In this document: positions 9,389-18,621 of the stretch, in pieces
Position numbering within the stretch: the first letter of the stretch is position 1
How the letters are laid out: each line of letters starts with the position of its first letter
Assembly (NCBI GenBank): GCA_050949565.1
Contig: JBMNFY010000017.1
Span: 1,408,001-1,472,000 of the forward strand
DNA: 64,000 nucleotides
Direction: 5' to 3'
From: Kiritimatiellia bacterium
GTDB lineage: Bacteria; Verrucomicrobiota; Kiritimatiellia; RFP12; UBA1067
The notes under the pieces: generated by a model
Databases searched by the model: none
What the model saw: the letters and a program-made list of their open reading frames with translations, nothing else
What the model was told of the DNA's origin: nothing
Translations under genes and position numbers: made by a program

Positions 9389-10681
9389 TCAACTGCCGGC
9401 GGGCTCCGCGCCACGCGCGGAGCCCGCCGGCGCGGAGCCCGTCAGCACCTCCGGCAGCGCCCGCGCGAGATCGGCGGCGAGCTCGCTGGCTTTGGGCTTG
9501 AAGTAATGGCGCAACACCAGGTCCACGGTTTTGTGGCCGGTGAGGGCGCGCACCTTATCCAAGCTCACGCCGCCGCTGATGGCGAGCGTCACAAAGGAGG
9601 TCCGCAGCGCGTGGAAGTCGTAAGTGGAGGCCGCGCGCACGCCGACGCGCCGCTGGCTTTGCGTGACCGACTTGATCGCGGCGGTGATGCCACGCGCCAA
9701 CTGCTCGGGGGTCGCGAAGGCGCGTGCAAAAACCTTTTTCACGCGCCATGTAATGCCGCCCGGATTGTCGCGCAGTAGCGCTTCCGCTTCCGGAAAGACA
9801 TACAGGCAGCCCTTGGCGCGTAGACCGGCGCGACGCTCGAGCACCTCGCGCAGACGCGGCAGGATCGGCAGCGTCAGGCTCACGCCGGTCTTGGCCGCCA
9901 CCAGCCGCAACGCGCCGCGATCGAGATCCACCTGCTCCCAGCGCAGACGACAAACATCGCCGCGCCGCAGTCCGGTCGAAAGCCCGGTCACAATCAGGTC
10001 GCATGCCAGTGGATCACTCTCCGCCGCTTGCAGCAGACGCCGGATCTCATCGCCGTCGAGCGGCGTGCGGTTGACCACGCGGTCGCCGCGCTCCGGCAGG
10101 ATACAGAGTGCCTTGAAGGGGTTGTCGCGATGCGGCTCCGACACCAGCGCGAACGCCTGCGTCAACACCGTCTTCATGGTGCGCAGCGTCTTGGCGGTGC
10201 GCTGTCGGCCGCTGGCGTCCGGTGCGCGCAGACGATCGAAATACGCTTGCGCCACACTGCGGCTGATCTGCTCCGGCGTCTGCAACGCCTGCGCCTCAGC
10301 CCATGTTACAAAGTCTTCAAGCAGACCGCGTTTCCATGTCGCCCACGATGATGCGCAGTGGCGCAGGGTGTCGGCGACACGCATGCGCTCCAACATCTCC
10401 CGCAGCGTGGGTGATGGATACGGCCCTGCGTCGGGCGATGCCGTGTTGTGACGGCTGCGATCGGCGGCCGCGCGCGCCTCAGCGCGGTGACGCTGCAAGA
10501 CCGCCTCGGCGCGCCGACGCGATGCTTCAAAGATGGCATCGCCGCGCTCACGCATGGATGCCGGAGGTGTGCCTTGCCAGCGGATGCCGGTATTGATGAC
10601 CCTCGCGCGCTTGTTGAGATAATACCGCCCATACAAAAACGGCAACAGCCGCCCATTCTTCTTCCGTAGTTCGATTGCCAT
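9389..10681 (-). CDS. Tyrosine recombinase/integrase
   Basis: Catalytic set intact: R (TGLRRGD), K (AAKTG), HxxR (FHALRT), H (GHKT), Y (RHYF). AGGAG RBS; about 420 bp downstream of tRNA-Asp. Confidence 0.93.
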   Translation of the reverse strand: MAIELRKKNGRLLPFLYGRYYLNKRARVINTGIRWQGTPPASMRERGDAIFEASRRRAEAVLQRHRAEARAAADRSRHNTASPDAGPYPSPTLREMLERMRVADTLRHCASSWATWKRGLLEDFVTWAEAQALQTPEQISRSVAQAYFDRLRAPDASGRQRTAKTLRTMKTVLTQAFALVSEPHRDNPFKALCILPERGDRVVNRTPLDGDEIRRLLQAAESDPLACDLIVTGLSTGLRRGDVCRLRWEQVDLDRGALRLVAAKTGVSLTLPILPRLREVLERRAGLRAKGCLYVFPEAEALLRDNPGGITWRVKKVFARAFATPEQLARGITAAIKSVTQSQRRVGVRAASTYDFHALRTSFVTLAISGGVSLDKVRALTGHKTVDLVLRHYFKPKASELAADLARALPEVLTGSAPAGSARGAEPAGS

Positions 10682-10728
10682 TGGTTGCTCCTAAGTGAGA
10701 GGTAATAAGTAAGAAGGGGTAAGTTTAG

Positions 10729-10760
10729 TTAGGAGTTAGGAGTTAGGAGTTAGGAGTTTT
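10729..10760. repeat. TTAGGAG heptamer tract (inverted relative to 9361-9387)
   Basis: TTAGGAG x4 + TTTT; its reverse complement starts AAAACTCCTAA like the tract on the other side of the integrase. Confidence 0.85.
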
Positions 10761-10853
10761 TGCATTTTTTCTCACAGAGGCACAGAGGGCACGTTTAACT
10801 CAGAACGTAGAACTCAGAACATCGAACTCAGAAGTGGAAAACTCCTAAATCCT

Positions 10854-11066
10854 ATCGGGATCGGGATCGCTATCGGGATCGATTGTTTAACCACGGAACA
10901 CACCGAACACACGGAAAGGCATGGCTCTGTTTCCGTGTGTTTAGTGTGTTCCGTGGTTCCAATCAGAAATTGCGTTCTGCACCAAATAGGTGCGGCGCGG
11001 ATCTCAACGGAAGCCAATGTTTACGGAGCTTTGCTCAAAATCTGCATGCTCAACTGCTCTTTTTAG
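10854..11066. mobile_element. Partial copy of the ~300-bp MITE-like element (right end only)
   Basis: Near-identical to about 20560-20772, ending in CAACTGCTCTTTTTAG. Confidence 0.75.
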
Positions 11067-11274
11067 TTTTAACTCAGAACGTAGAACTCTGAACATCGAA
11101 CTCAGAAGTGGAAAACTCCTAAATCCTAAATGTAAACTCCGCGCATAGCGCGGCACTCCCGGCAGCTCTGCTCAGTTTTTTTAGCCGCAGAGAACGCAAA
11201 GATCGCAAAGATTTTTCAGGGGCTCGGGTGGCGGCGTAAAAAAAATCACAAATCTAAAATCACAAATCCGCTAA

Positions 11275-11713
11275 ATCCGCGCGACAGCGCGGCAAGGGGT
11301 GCCCTGATTTTCATGAAGTTTCATGTGTTTCATGGTCCCAAATCACAAATCACAAATCTCAACTCCTAAATCCTAAATTTTAAATCCTAAATCCGCGCAC
11401 CGCGCGGCAAGGGGTGCCCTGATTTTCATGAAGTTTCATGTGTTTCATGGTCCCAAATCAACTCCTAAATCCTAAATTCTAAATCCTAAATCCGCGCGAC
11501 CGCGCGGCAAGGGGTCCCTGATTTTCATGAAGTTTCATGTGTTTCATGGTCCCAAATCACAACTACAAACTAAATCCTAAATCCAAATTTAAATCCTAAA
11601 TCCGCGCACCGCGCGGCAAGGGGTGCCCTGATTTTCATGAAGTTTCATGTGTTTCATGGTCCCAAATCAACTCCTAAATCCTAAATTTTAAATCCTAAAT
11701 CCGCGCACCGCGC
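11275..11713. repeat. Four tandem ~100-115-bp units
   Basis: Core GATTTTCATGAAGTTTCATGTGTTTCATGGTCCC at 11306, 11421, 11520 and 11630, separated by ATCCTAA tracts; reverse-complement relative of the 106-bp array at 25.6-26.6 kb. Confidence 0.9.
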
Positions 11714-11776
11714 GGTAGCGCGGCACTCTCACTTCTCGCGCTTCACAGCGCGGCGTGTGTTTGCTATGCTTTTGAC

Positions 11777-12730
11777 ATGAAAACCTTCGGGTATACTATG
11801 CGAGATAAGGCCGGGGCGCTCCAGCGCGGCTCGTTGCAGGCGCGTGACCGACAAGAAGCGCTACAGAAAATCCGGGCACTGGGCGGCACGCCGGTCAATG
11901 TCACGGAGAGCAGCGTGCCTAAAACACCGTTCGTCTGGCAACCGGCCTGGACGCGTGCCGCCGTCGGGCTCGGTGTCGCTGTCGTGGTGATCGCGGGCAT
12001 CGTCCTTTGGCTGCAACGTCCGCGCACACCGCCGCGTCCTGCACCCACACCTGCCCCGACACCGGTGACACCATCCGGTGCTGATACCTCGCGCCCGGCC
12101 GACACGCCCCGTCCCGATACCCCACCCGCCAATCCACGCACCGGAATCGCATCCCCCCGCGTGCCTGCTACCGGTCCCGCGCCCGTTGCGCCGCCTGCTG
12201 GTCCCGGCGGCACTGCCACTTCTCACGTTGCTCAGGTTACGCCCGACGCCGCTAACGAGCCGCTTGAAGAGGCACCGCCTGTGCGTCCCACGCCGTTTAA
12301 AACCGGCACCGAGCAGATCCTCGCGATCATCCAAACGACGCCGCCGGGCGTTCAGATGCCCCCGCTACCGGACTTGCACGGTATGGAGGAGGACTACAGA
12401 CGCGCCACCACCAACGTGCTGACCATCTTTGATACCGACAGCGATGAACTGGCGGGAACCATTGAAAACGTCGCCTGGGCCAAGGTGGAACTGGGCGAAC
12501 TGGTCAAGCAAGGCTGGAAGCCGGACGAGGTGCTCCAGGAACTCACACGCCAGCACAACGAAGAGGCCTCCTTGCGCACTGCCGCTTCGCTGGCGCTCAA
12601 AAAGATGGTGGATGACGGACAGTTCACCGCCGCCACCCTGAAAGAAGAACTTGAAGTGATCAACGCCGAGTTGAAAGAACGCGGTTTGCCGGAAATCATG
12701 CCCTCTGAGTTGGGGCTGATCGAGGAGTGA
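11777..12730 (+). CDS. Single-pass membrane protein: PilC/GspF-N-like head, TM helix, Pro-rich linker, helical C-domain
   Basis: MKTFGYTMRDKAGALQRGSLQARDRQEALQKIRALGGTPVNV resembles the N-terminus of PilC/GspF proteins; hydrophobic AAVGLGVAVVVIAGIVLWL; PT/PA-rich stretch. Confidence 0.7.
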   Translation: MKTFGYTMRDKAGALQRGSLQARDRQEALQKIRALGGTPVNVTESSVPKTPFVWQPAWTRAAVGLGVAVVVIAGIVLWLQRPRTPPRPAPTPAPTPVTPSGADTSRPADTPRPDTPPANPRTGIASPRVPATGPAPVAPPAGPGGTATSHVAQVTPDAANEPLEEAPPVRPTPFKTGTEQILAIIQTTPPGVQMPPLPDLHGMEEDYRRATTNVLTIFDTDSDELAGTIENVAWAKVELGELVKQGWKPDEVLQELTRQHNEEASLRTAASLALKKMVDDGQFTAATLKEELEVINAELKERGLPEIMPSELGLIEE

Positions 12731-12731
12731 C

Positions 12732-14834
12732 ATGAAAAAAACATTGCCCGCATGGATAATCTTTCTCGGTTCTTTTTTGCTCTTCGGGGTTCAACCCATG
12801 CTCGGGCGCACCCTGCTCCCATCCTTCGGCGGCACCGCCACCGTCTGGACCGTCTGCCTCGCCTCATACCAGACCCTGTTGCTGATCGGTTATTTCTATG
12901 CCCACCTGATCCGTAAACGGCCGGTGCGGCAACAGCAGCAACTCCACCGTGCCCTGTTGATTGTTTCGGTCATCTGGACTGCCGCTTTTGCCTTTGCGCG
13001 TCCACTGCTGAAACCCTTGATCGGCAACGGCTCCCAGCCTGCCCTGGAGGTGCTCTTCTGTGTGTTGCTCTGCGCCGGACTTCCGTATGTGTTGCTCTCG
13101 GCCAACAGCACGTTGATCCAGTCCTGGCTCACCGCGCACTCTGACTCCGCTACGGCCGGCACAGACTCCCGTGCCGTCTACCGCCTCTATGGCCTCTCCA
13201 ACCTCGGTTCGCTGCTGGGCTTGGTCGTCTATCCCTTCATCCTCGAGCCGTACGTCTCGCTGAGCGCCCAATGGTGGGGTTTCACCGCCGGGCTGGCCGC
13301 CTACACCGCCCTGATATGGCGGCTGGGCGCAGGTGCCCCAGCGTTGTCCGACAGGTCAGACAAGTCCGATGCGTCCGACCTGTCTGACTCGTCTGACTCA
13401 TCCGCCCACGCCTGGCTCTGGTTCGTGCTGCCGGGAGTCTCGGTTTTCCTGCTCAACGCGGTGACCGCGCACCTGACGCTTGATGTTATGCCGCTGCCGC
13501 TCTTGTGGGTGGTGCTGCTGGCGTTGTTCCTGCTAAGCTACGTCATCGGTTTCTCCTCATGGTCGCCGCGCCTGCTGCCCTTCCTGCCGGCCGTGACCGT
13601 GCTGAGTGTGGCCGGTATCGCGCTGACCTACCGCAATACCGGGCCTGACGGTGGTTTCGCCCTGAACCTCGCCGCCAGCCTCGTCCTCTGCCTCGTGGGC
13701 TGCACCTTCATCCACGCCTGGCTCTACAGCCTGCGCCCCAATACGCGCTTGCTCACCCGCTATTATCTCGGCAACGCTGCGGGCGGCGCGGTCGGCGGCT
13801 TGGCGGCCTCGCTGCTCATGCCTCTGGTCGCCAACACGGTGGCCGAGTTCCCGATCGCCGTGGTGCTGGTGGCTCTGGCGGTTCCGCTTTACGGCTTCAC
13901 CCGCAACGCTCACAAGCCGGTCAACGCCTACGCGCTTGTTCACACCCTGCTGGCCGCCGCCGCACTTGCCGGGCTCGCTTTTGCTTTCCAACCGCGCAAA
14001 GACGACCGCCCCGTCGTACGTTATGCGCGCGGTTTCTTCGGCACACTGCAGGTGCTTGAGGCCAAGGCTCGCTCCGCCCAAGGCGAAGGCGTGATCCACG
14101 AGTTTGTCCACGGCAACACGGTTCACGGCATCCAGGCACTGATTCCCGGCATGGAGCGCATGCCCACCACCTATTTCACCCCGCAGAACGGCGGCTACGC
14201 CATCCTCGGCCATCCCAAATACCGTGCCGGAGAACCCCTGCGCGTCAACATCCTCGGCCTCGGCGTGGGCGTGATGCTGGCTTACGCCCGCACCAACGAT
14301 TTCTACCGCTGCTACGAGATCAGCCCGGAAGCGTTGCGCATCGCCTCCGATCCCAGCCTCTTCACCTTTGTCAGCGGCTGTCCCGCCTCCCTCGACGTGC
14401 GCCTGCAGGACGCGCGCAAAGGACTTGAATCCGAGCTGGCCGCAGACGAGGAGCCTTACGACGTGATCCAGATCGATGCCTTCACCGGCGACAATCTGCC
14501 CTACCACCTCTCTACCCGCGAGGCGTTCGAGCTGTATTTCAAGATGCTCAAGCCCGACGGCATCCTCGCCGTCAACATCTCCAACTGGCACCTGGGGCTT
14601 GAACCGTTCATCAAGGCTGCGGGTGACGCCTTTGCCTGTCCAGTCGTGGTAATCGCCTCGCGCAATGACTATGCGCGCCTCTCCTTTGCCGCCAAGTTTG
14701 CCTTTTTCTGCCGGACCCCCGAAAAACTCGGCCCCCTGCCCGAGGGCGCTATGGTTCTCAACCTTGCGCAGGCCAAACCCTTTACCTTGCCCGTCGATGA
14801 AAAAGGCAGCTTTGTAAAACTGATCAACTGGTAG
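12732..14834 (+). CDS. Fused multi-TM / spermidine-synthase-like SAM methyltransferase
   Basis: FLGSFLLFGVQPMLGRTLLPSFGG, YRLYGLSNLGSLLGL, HGNTVHGIQ, ILGLGVG, YEISP, DVIQIDAFTGD, HLSTREAF, NISN. Confidence 0.85.
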   Translation: MKKTLPAWIIFLGSFLLFGVQPMLGRTLLPSFGGTATVWTVCLASYQTLLLIGYFYAHLIRKRPVRQQQQLHRALLIVSVIWTAAFAFARPLLKPLIGNGSQPALEVLFCVLLCAGLPYVLLSANSTLIQSWLTAHSDSATAGTDSRAVYRLYGLSNLGSLLGLVVYPFILEPYVSLSAQWWGFTAGLAAYTALIWRLGAGAPALSDRSDKSDASDLSDSSDSSAHAWLWFVLPGVSVFLLNAVTAHLTLDVMPLPLLWVVLLALFLLSYVIGFSSWSPRLLPFLPAVTVLSVAGIALTYRNTGPDGGFALNLAASLVLCLVGCTFIHAWLYSLRPNTRLLTRYYLGNAAGGAVGGLAASLLMPLVANTVAEFPIAVVLVALAVPLYGFTRNAHKPVNAYALVHTLLAAAALAGLAFAFQPRKDDRPVVRYARGFFGTLQVLEAKARSAQGEGVIHEFVHGNTVHGIQALIPGMERMPTTYFTPQNGGYAILGHPKYRAGEPLRVNILGLGVGVMLAYARTNDFYRCYEISPEALRIASDPSLFTFVSGCPASLDVRLQDARKGLESELAADEEPYDVIQIDAFTGDNLPYHLSTREAFELYFKMLKPDGILAVNISNWHLGLEPFIKAAGDAFACPVVVIASRNDYARLSFAAKFAFFCRTPEKLGPLPEGAMVLNLAQAKPFTLPVDEKGSFVKLINW

Positions 14835-14933
14835 AGACCCTTGCAAAACCCTGCGTGGCATGGGCGTCCCGCCCATGAAACACGGGCAGGATGCTCGTGC
14901 TACACCTGCGAGTAAGGGTTTTGTAAAAGTCTC
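14834..14933. mobile_element. 100-bp MITE-like element with a REP doublet inside
   Basis: Ends GAGACCCTTGCAAAACCCT / AGGGTTTTGTAAAAGTCTC enclose GTGGCATGGGCGTCCCGCCCATG and CACGGGCAGGATGCTCGTGCTAC; related copy at 34090-34166. Confidence 0.65.
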
Positions 14934-14967
14934 ACTAGAGGGAGTGTGAAGGAAAAAACGGAGTAGA

Positions 14968-15642
14968 ATGCGAATGAAAATGAGAATGTTGTTGTTGCTC
15001 TTGCCGATGGCGTTGCTGGCGGCGGAAAAGCCCGCCGTAAAACCGGCCCAACCCGCGCCGCCCCAAAAGAACGCGGTGCTGGAGCCGATCAAGGATGTCG
15101 ACGCCCTGTTACCTGCTGACGCGGACCAGCGTGCGCATGTGCTCTTTGTCAACGTTGGCAAGGCTCTGTCTGACGCCGAGTTCCGCGAGGCCGCCGCCTA
15201 CGTGCGCATGAAATACATGCTAAACGTGGCGGTGTGTGCGGCACCCAAACCCTTCGCACAAGAGGTCGTAGCCGACACCGCCGCGCTGAAAAAACGCTTC
15301 GGCAAGAACGCGTTGATTGTGGTGGCGATAGTCAAACAGGAAAAAAGCCCTTCGTTCATCAATGTGCCGGGCTTCTTCTCGCAGGTCAACCTGCGCGGGC
15401 TGGACAAGGATAACCCCGAAGAACTCTTTCTCAAAAAGCGCACGCGCCAGATGTTCCTCAAAGGCCTCGCCCACGCCTGCGGCATCGGTGCCACGATCGA
15501 CAATATGTGCGTGATGTTCTGCAACAGCTTCACGCTGGAAGGCATGGATCGTGTCAGCGCCACCTTCGGCCCCAACGCCTATTTCCCCATCCGCGAATTG
15601 CTCAGGGAACTGGGCGGGGAAGACATCTTTGTGCAGTGGTAA
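14968..15642 (+). CDS. Secreted hypothetical protein with a degenerate archaemetzincin-like C-terminus
   Basis: Signal peptide MLLLLLPMALLAA; RTRQMFLKGLAHACGIG...CVMFCNSFTLEGMD aligns by eye with R..KE..HE.GH..GL...CVM..S....E.D. Confidence 0.6.
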   Translation: MRMKMRMLLLLLPMALLAAEKPAVKPAQPAPPQKNAVLEPIKDVDALLPADADQRAHVLFVNVGKALSDAEFREAAAYVRMKYMLNVAVCAAPKPFAQEVVADTAALKKRFGKNALIVVAIVKQEKSPSFINVPGFFSQVNLRGLDKDNPEELFLKKRTRQMFLKGLAHACGIGATIDNMCVMFCNSFTLEGMDRVSATFGPNAYFPIRELLRELGGEDIFVQW

Positions 15643-15981
15643 GGAGCGGATTTAGGGGCTGACCCGTCTGACTTTCTCGCCCTTGCCGCGCTGCGCACGG
15701 CATACAGCCGCTCGGTGAAGCCGCCCTTTTCCAAAAACTCGCGCTCTTGCTCTTGAGCCTCAAGCTGACGGCGCAGCAGGTAGGTGGCTTGGTGCGCGGC
15801 GCAGAGCAGGGTGTTGGCGGCAATCTCCGGCGAGGCCTTCGCCACTAAAGCCGCGAGACCGTCAAGAAAAGCATCGTCGCACAACGCACGGCGGGTTTCC
15901 AGCGCCTCGGGCGCATTCTTGTCGGTAACTCCGCAAATGGCGGTAACCGCCTGAAGGCAACAATGCTCCGTCTTCACTCAT
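15579..15981 (-). pseudogene. Four-helix-bundle suffix-domain protein, internally deleted
   Basis: ATG 15981 reads MSEDGALLPSGGYRHLRSY, the typical N-terminus. Near 15922 it joins out of frame to DKNAPEAL...EIAANTLLCAAHQATYLLRRQL...FLEKGGFTERLYAVR (suffix domain). The helical core is missing. Confidence 0.8.
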
Positions 15982-16049
15982 GGGGGCATGGTACAGCATC
16001 GGGAATGCGCTTGCAAGGCTCGTTTTTGGGGGATTCGGCTTTTAGTCTG

Positions 16050-16087
16050 CCCCGTCCGCCCCGTCCGCCCCGTCCGACCCGTCCGAC
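16050..16087. repeat. CCCGTCCG(C/A) nonamer x4
   Basis: Visible tandem repeat upstream of the four-helix-bundle pseudogene. Confidence 0.8.
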
Positions 16088-16312
16088 TTTCGCGCCGCGC
16101 TGTGCGCGGCATACAGCCGCCGCAGACAACCAAGGGACGGTTGGCACATTTAGCGGCCGCCCAACTCCTCCCAACCTTCCAACTGGGCGAAAACGGGCGA
16201 CGGGACATGATAAGCAAGCCTGCGCACGGCTTCAACGCTAAGAACATGTGCAAACTGCGATAAAGCTGCTTATTTGCTGTCAAAAAGCAAGCTTAACATT
16301 TGCTTTCCTTTG

Positions 16313-17070
16313 TTTAACGCCCAGGTCGAGAGCGTCAACATCGTGGGGTACAACACCGTCACGCTTGACAAGCAGTGGACCATCATCGCGGCGAACTTCG
16401 AGGCCGTCGGCGGCGGTGCCATTGCCATTGCAGGATGCCTTCCCCTACAGTGACGGCATGACCAAGGGAAACACGACGGCAACGGCCGACGTCTTGCAGA
16501 TTCAGAATGCGGTAGGCGGCTATGACACTTACTACCTGAGCAACGGCAAGAACGCCAAGGGCGCGACGGTCGCAGGCTTGGACGGTAAGTGGGCGGCGGG
16601 CGGCACCTATTCACCGACTACGGCGACGATCGTCTCAGGTACAGCGCTCTGGTACAACGCGCGCAACCCTAGCTCGACACTGAAAATCACGGTGGCGGGA
16701 CAGGCACTCACCACAGCCGCGAGCGATATGCCGATCAATCTGACGTGGAAACACATCGCCAACCCCTACCCGACCGACCTGCCGCTCAATGATGGCATCC
16801 CCTACACGGATGGCATGACCAAAGGAAACACGACGGCTACCGCCGACAACATTCAGATCCAGAACGCGCTGGGCGGCTACGACACCTACTACATGAGCAA
16901 CGGCAAGAACGCCAAGGGCGCGACGGTCGCAGGCTTGGACGGATAAGTGGGCGGCGGGAGGTACGTACTCGCCGGCTACTGCTTCAATCCCCGTCGGTTC
17001 GGGTGCGTGGTATATGCGCCGTGGTTCGACGAGCTTCACTGTGCAGGTAGTGCGTCCTTACGCTCTGTAA
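16313..17070 (+). pseudogene. Secreted repeat protein, cassette copy L (no start or signal peptide; frameshifts)
   Basis: Native frame begins FNAQVESVNIVGYNTVT; two internal GMTKGNTTATAD..QIQNA.GGYDTYY.SNGKNAKGATVAGLDGKW units. The upstream sequence has no RBS or MKK leader. Indels near 16430 and 16943. Confidence 0.75.
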
Positions 17071-17138
17071 ACCAAACGCTTTACCTGCTGGGGCACGTTG
17101 TCCCATCCGGTGAAACTGAAACAACGAAAACAAGGATA

Positions 17139-17702
17139 ATGAAAATGAAGAAGTTCATGACCATTGCGTGCGTGCTCGCCTTCGTGGGTGTGGCGCAGGC
17201 CGCTTCGCTTGCGTGGGGCGGTTTGTTGGTAACTCGCAGGAAGCCACCGGTACGATGGGTGCGACGGGTGCCTATGCCAACCTGATCTACATCGGGATGG
17301 CCGATCCGGGCACCGCAGTGACCTCTTGGGATAAACCCACCGGACTCACCAATCTGGGCGGCACAATCGTGGCGACCCACGCCATCACGCGCGGGAAGCC
17401 ACGTCGACTATGCGTTCGTTGGACATCTTCGTCCGCGCGGATGGAGAAGGCGGTGTCAACGGATACTGGATGATGGTGGTCTACGATCCCAACACCTCAG
17501 CCGGACTATTTCGGTTGGCATATCGCGCAGGTCACCGGTATCTCGGACTCCACCGGTGCGGGTGACCTTCCAGCTCATGACCGGCTTTGGTCCGGGCGAG
17601 TATCTGGACGCCGGCATGCAGGCAGTTCCTGAGCCGACCTCGATGGCGTTGCTGGCTCTCGGCGTCGCGGCTCTTGGCCTGCGCCGGAAGTTCCGCGCGT
17701 AA
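17139..17702 (+). CDS. PEP-CTERM sorting-domain protein, copy L (frameshifted as assembled)
   Basis: AAGGA RBS, MKMKKFMTIACVLAFVGVAQA signal peptide, C-terminus VPEPTSMALLALGVAALGLRRKFRA; several single-base indels. Confidence 0.8.
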
Positions 17703-17726
17703 GCGAGCAACCGCTTAATTAAGACG

Positions 17727-17768
17727 AAACAGGTTCCTTGGTGAAAGCCGGGGAACCTGTTTGTTTTT
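17727..17768 (+). terminator. Intrinsic terminator of PEP-CTERM copy L
   Basis: AAACAGGTTCCTTGG-tgaaag-CCGGGGAACCTGTTT + GTTTTT. Confidence 0.8.
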
Positions 17769-17843
17769 AGGGACGGCACGTAAACGCCTGTTCAAATCGG
17801 GATTGGAACCGATGGTTTAACCAAATTTTGAAACAGCCCCTCC

Positions 17844-17883
17844 AAAAAAACAAACCCCGGGATTTCTCCCGAGGTCTGTTTTC
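17844..17883 (-). terminator. Intrinsic terminator of PEP-CTERM copy R
   Basis: Hairpin AAAC..CCCCGGGA-tttc-TCCCGAGG..GTTT preceded by an A7 run on the plus strand (U-tract on the minus strand). Confidence 0.65.
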
Positions 17884-17939
17884 AATCCACCTTTAACTCA
17901 TGCACGAATTAACTCATGCACGAATTAACTATGAACTTC

Positions 17940-18513
17940 CTATTTGCGCACCTTGCGGCGCAGGCCGAGGGCTGCAACGCCCAACGCCAAGAGCGCCATC
18001 GAGGTCGGCTCAGGAATGACACCGATCTGGGCGCCAGCATCCAGATACTCGCCCGGGTTCCAGCCCGTAGTGAGCTGAATATCACCCGCACCGGTAGAGT
18101 CCGAAATACCGGTGACCTGCGCGATATGCCAGCCGAAGTAATCCGGTGAGGTGTTGGGATCGTAGACCACCATCATCCAATATCCGTTGACACCGCCTGC
18201 GTCCGTCCGCGCGGGCGAAGTAGTCAACGAACGCGTAATCCTCCGTGGCTTCCCGCGCCGTGATGTCGTGGGTCGCCACGACATTGCCGCCAAGATTGGA
18301 GAGACCCGTGGTTTTATCCCATGTGGTTACTGCACTACCCGGATCGGCCAGTCCCATGTAGATCAACGTAGCGTAAGCACCAGTCGAACCCATTGTACCG
18401 GTGCCGTCCTGCGAATTGCCTAAGAATCCGCCCCAATTGAGCGAAGCGGCCTGCGCCGCGCCCGCCAAGGCGAGCACGCACGCAATGGTCATGAACTTCT
18501 TCATTTTCATCAT
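17940..18513 (-). CDS. PEP-CTERM sorting-domain protein, copy R (frameshifted as assembled)
   Basis: MMKMKKFMTIACVLALAGAAQA signal peptide; C-terminus IPEPTSMALLALGVAALGLRRKVRK; split over ORFs 18082-18513 and 17940-18293. Confidence 0.82.
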
Positions 18514-18621
18514 CCTTGTTTTCGTTGTTCCAGTTTCGCGGATGCGGGCACATCCCGCATCCGCAATTGTTCTTACTTACTTAACGCACCAGCCAACTGA
18601 TGCACTAATGAGCTTCTCCGT

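Noticed and set aside
9389-16330. Integron (IntI + attC cassettes)
   Set aside because: No recognisable IntI-specific insertion and no repeated attC sites with RYYYAAC/GTTRRRY ends between the genes.
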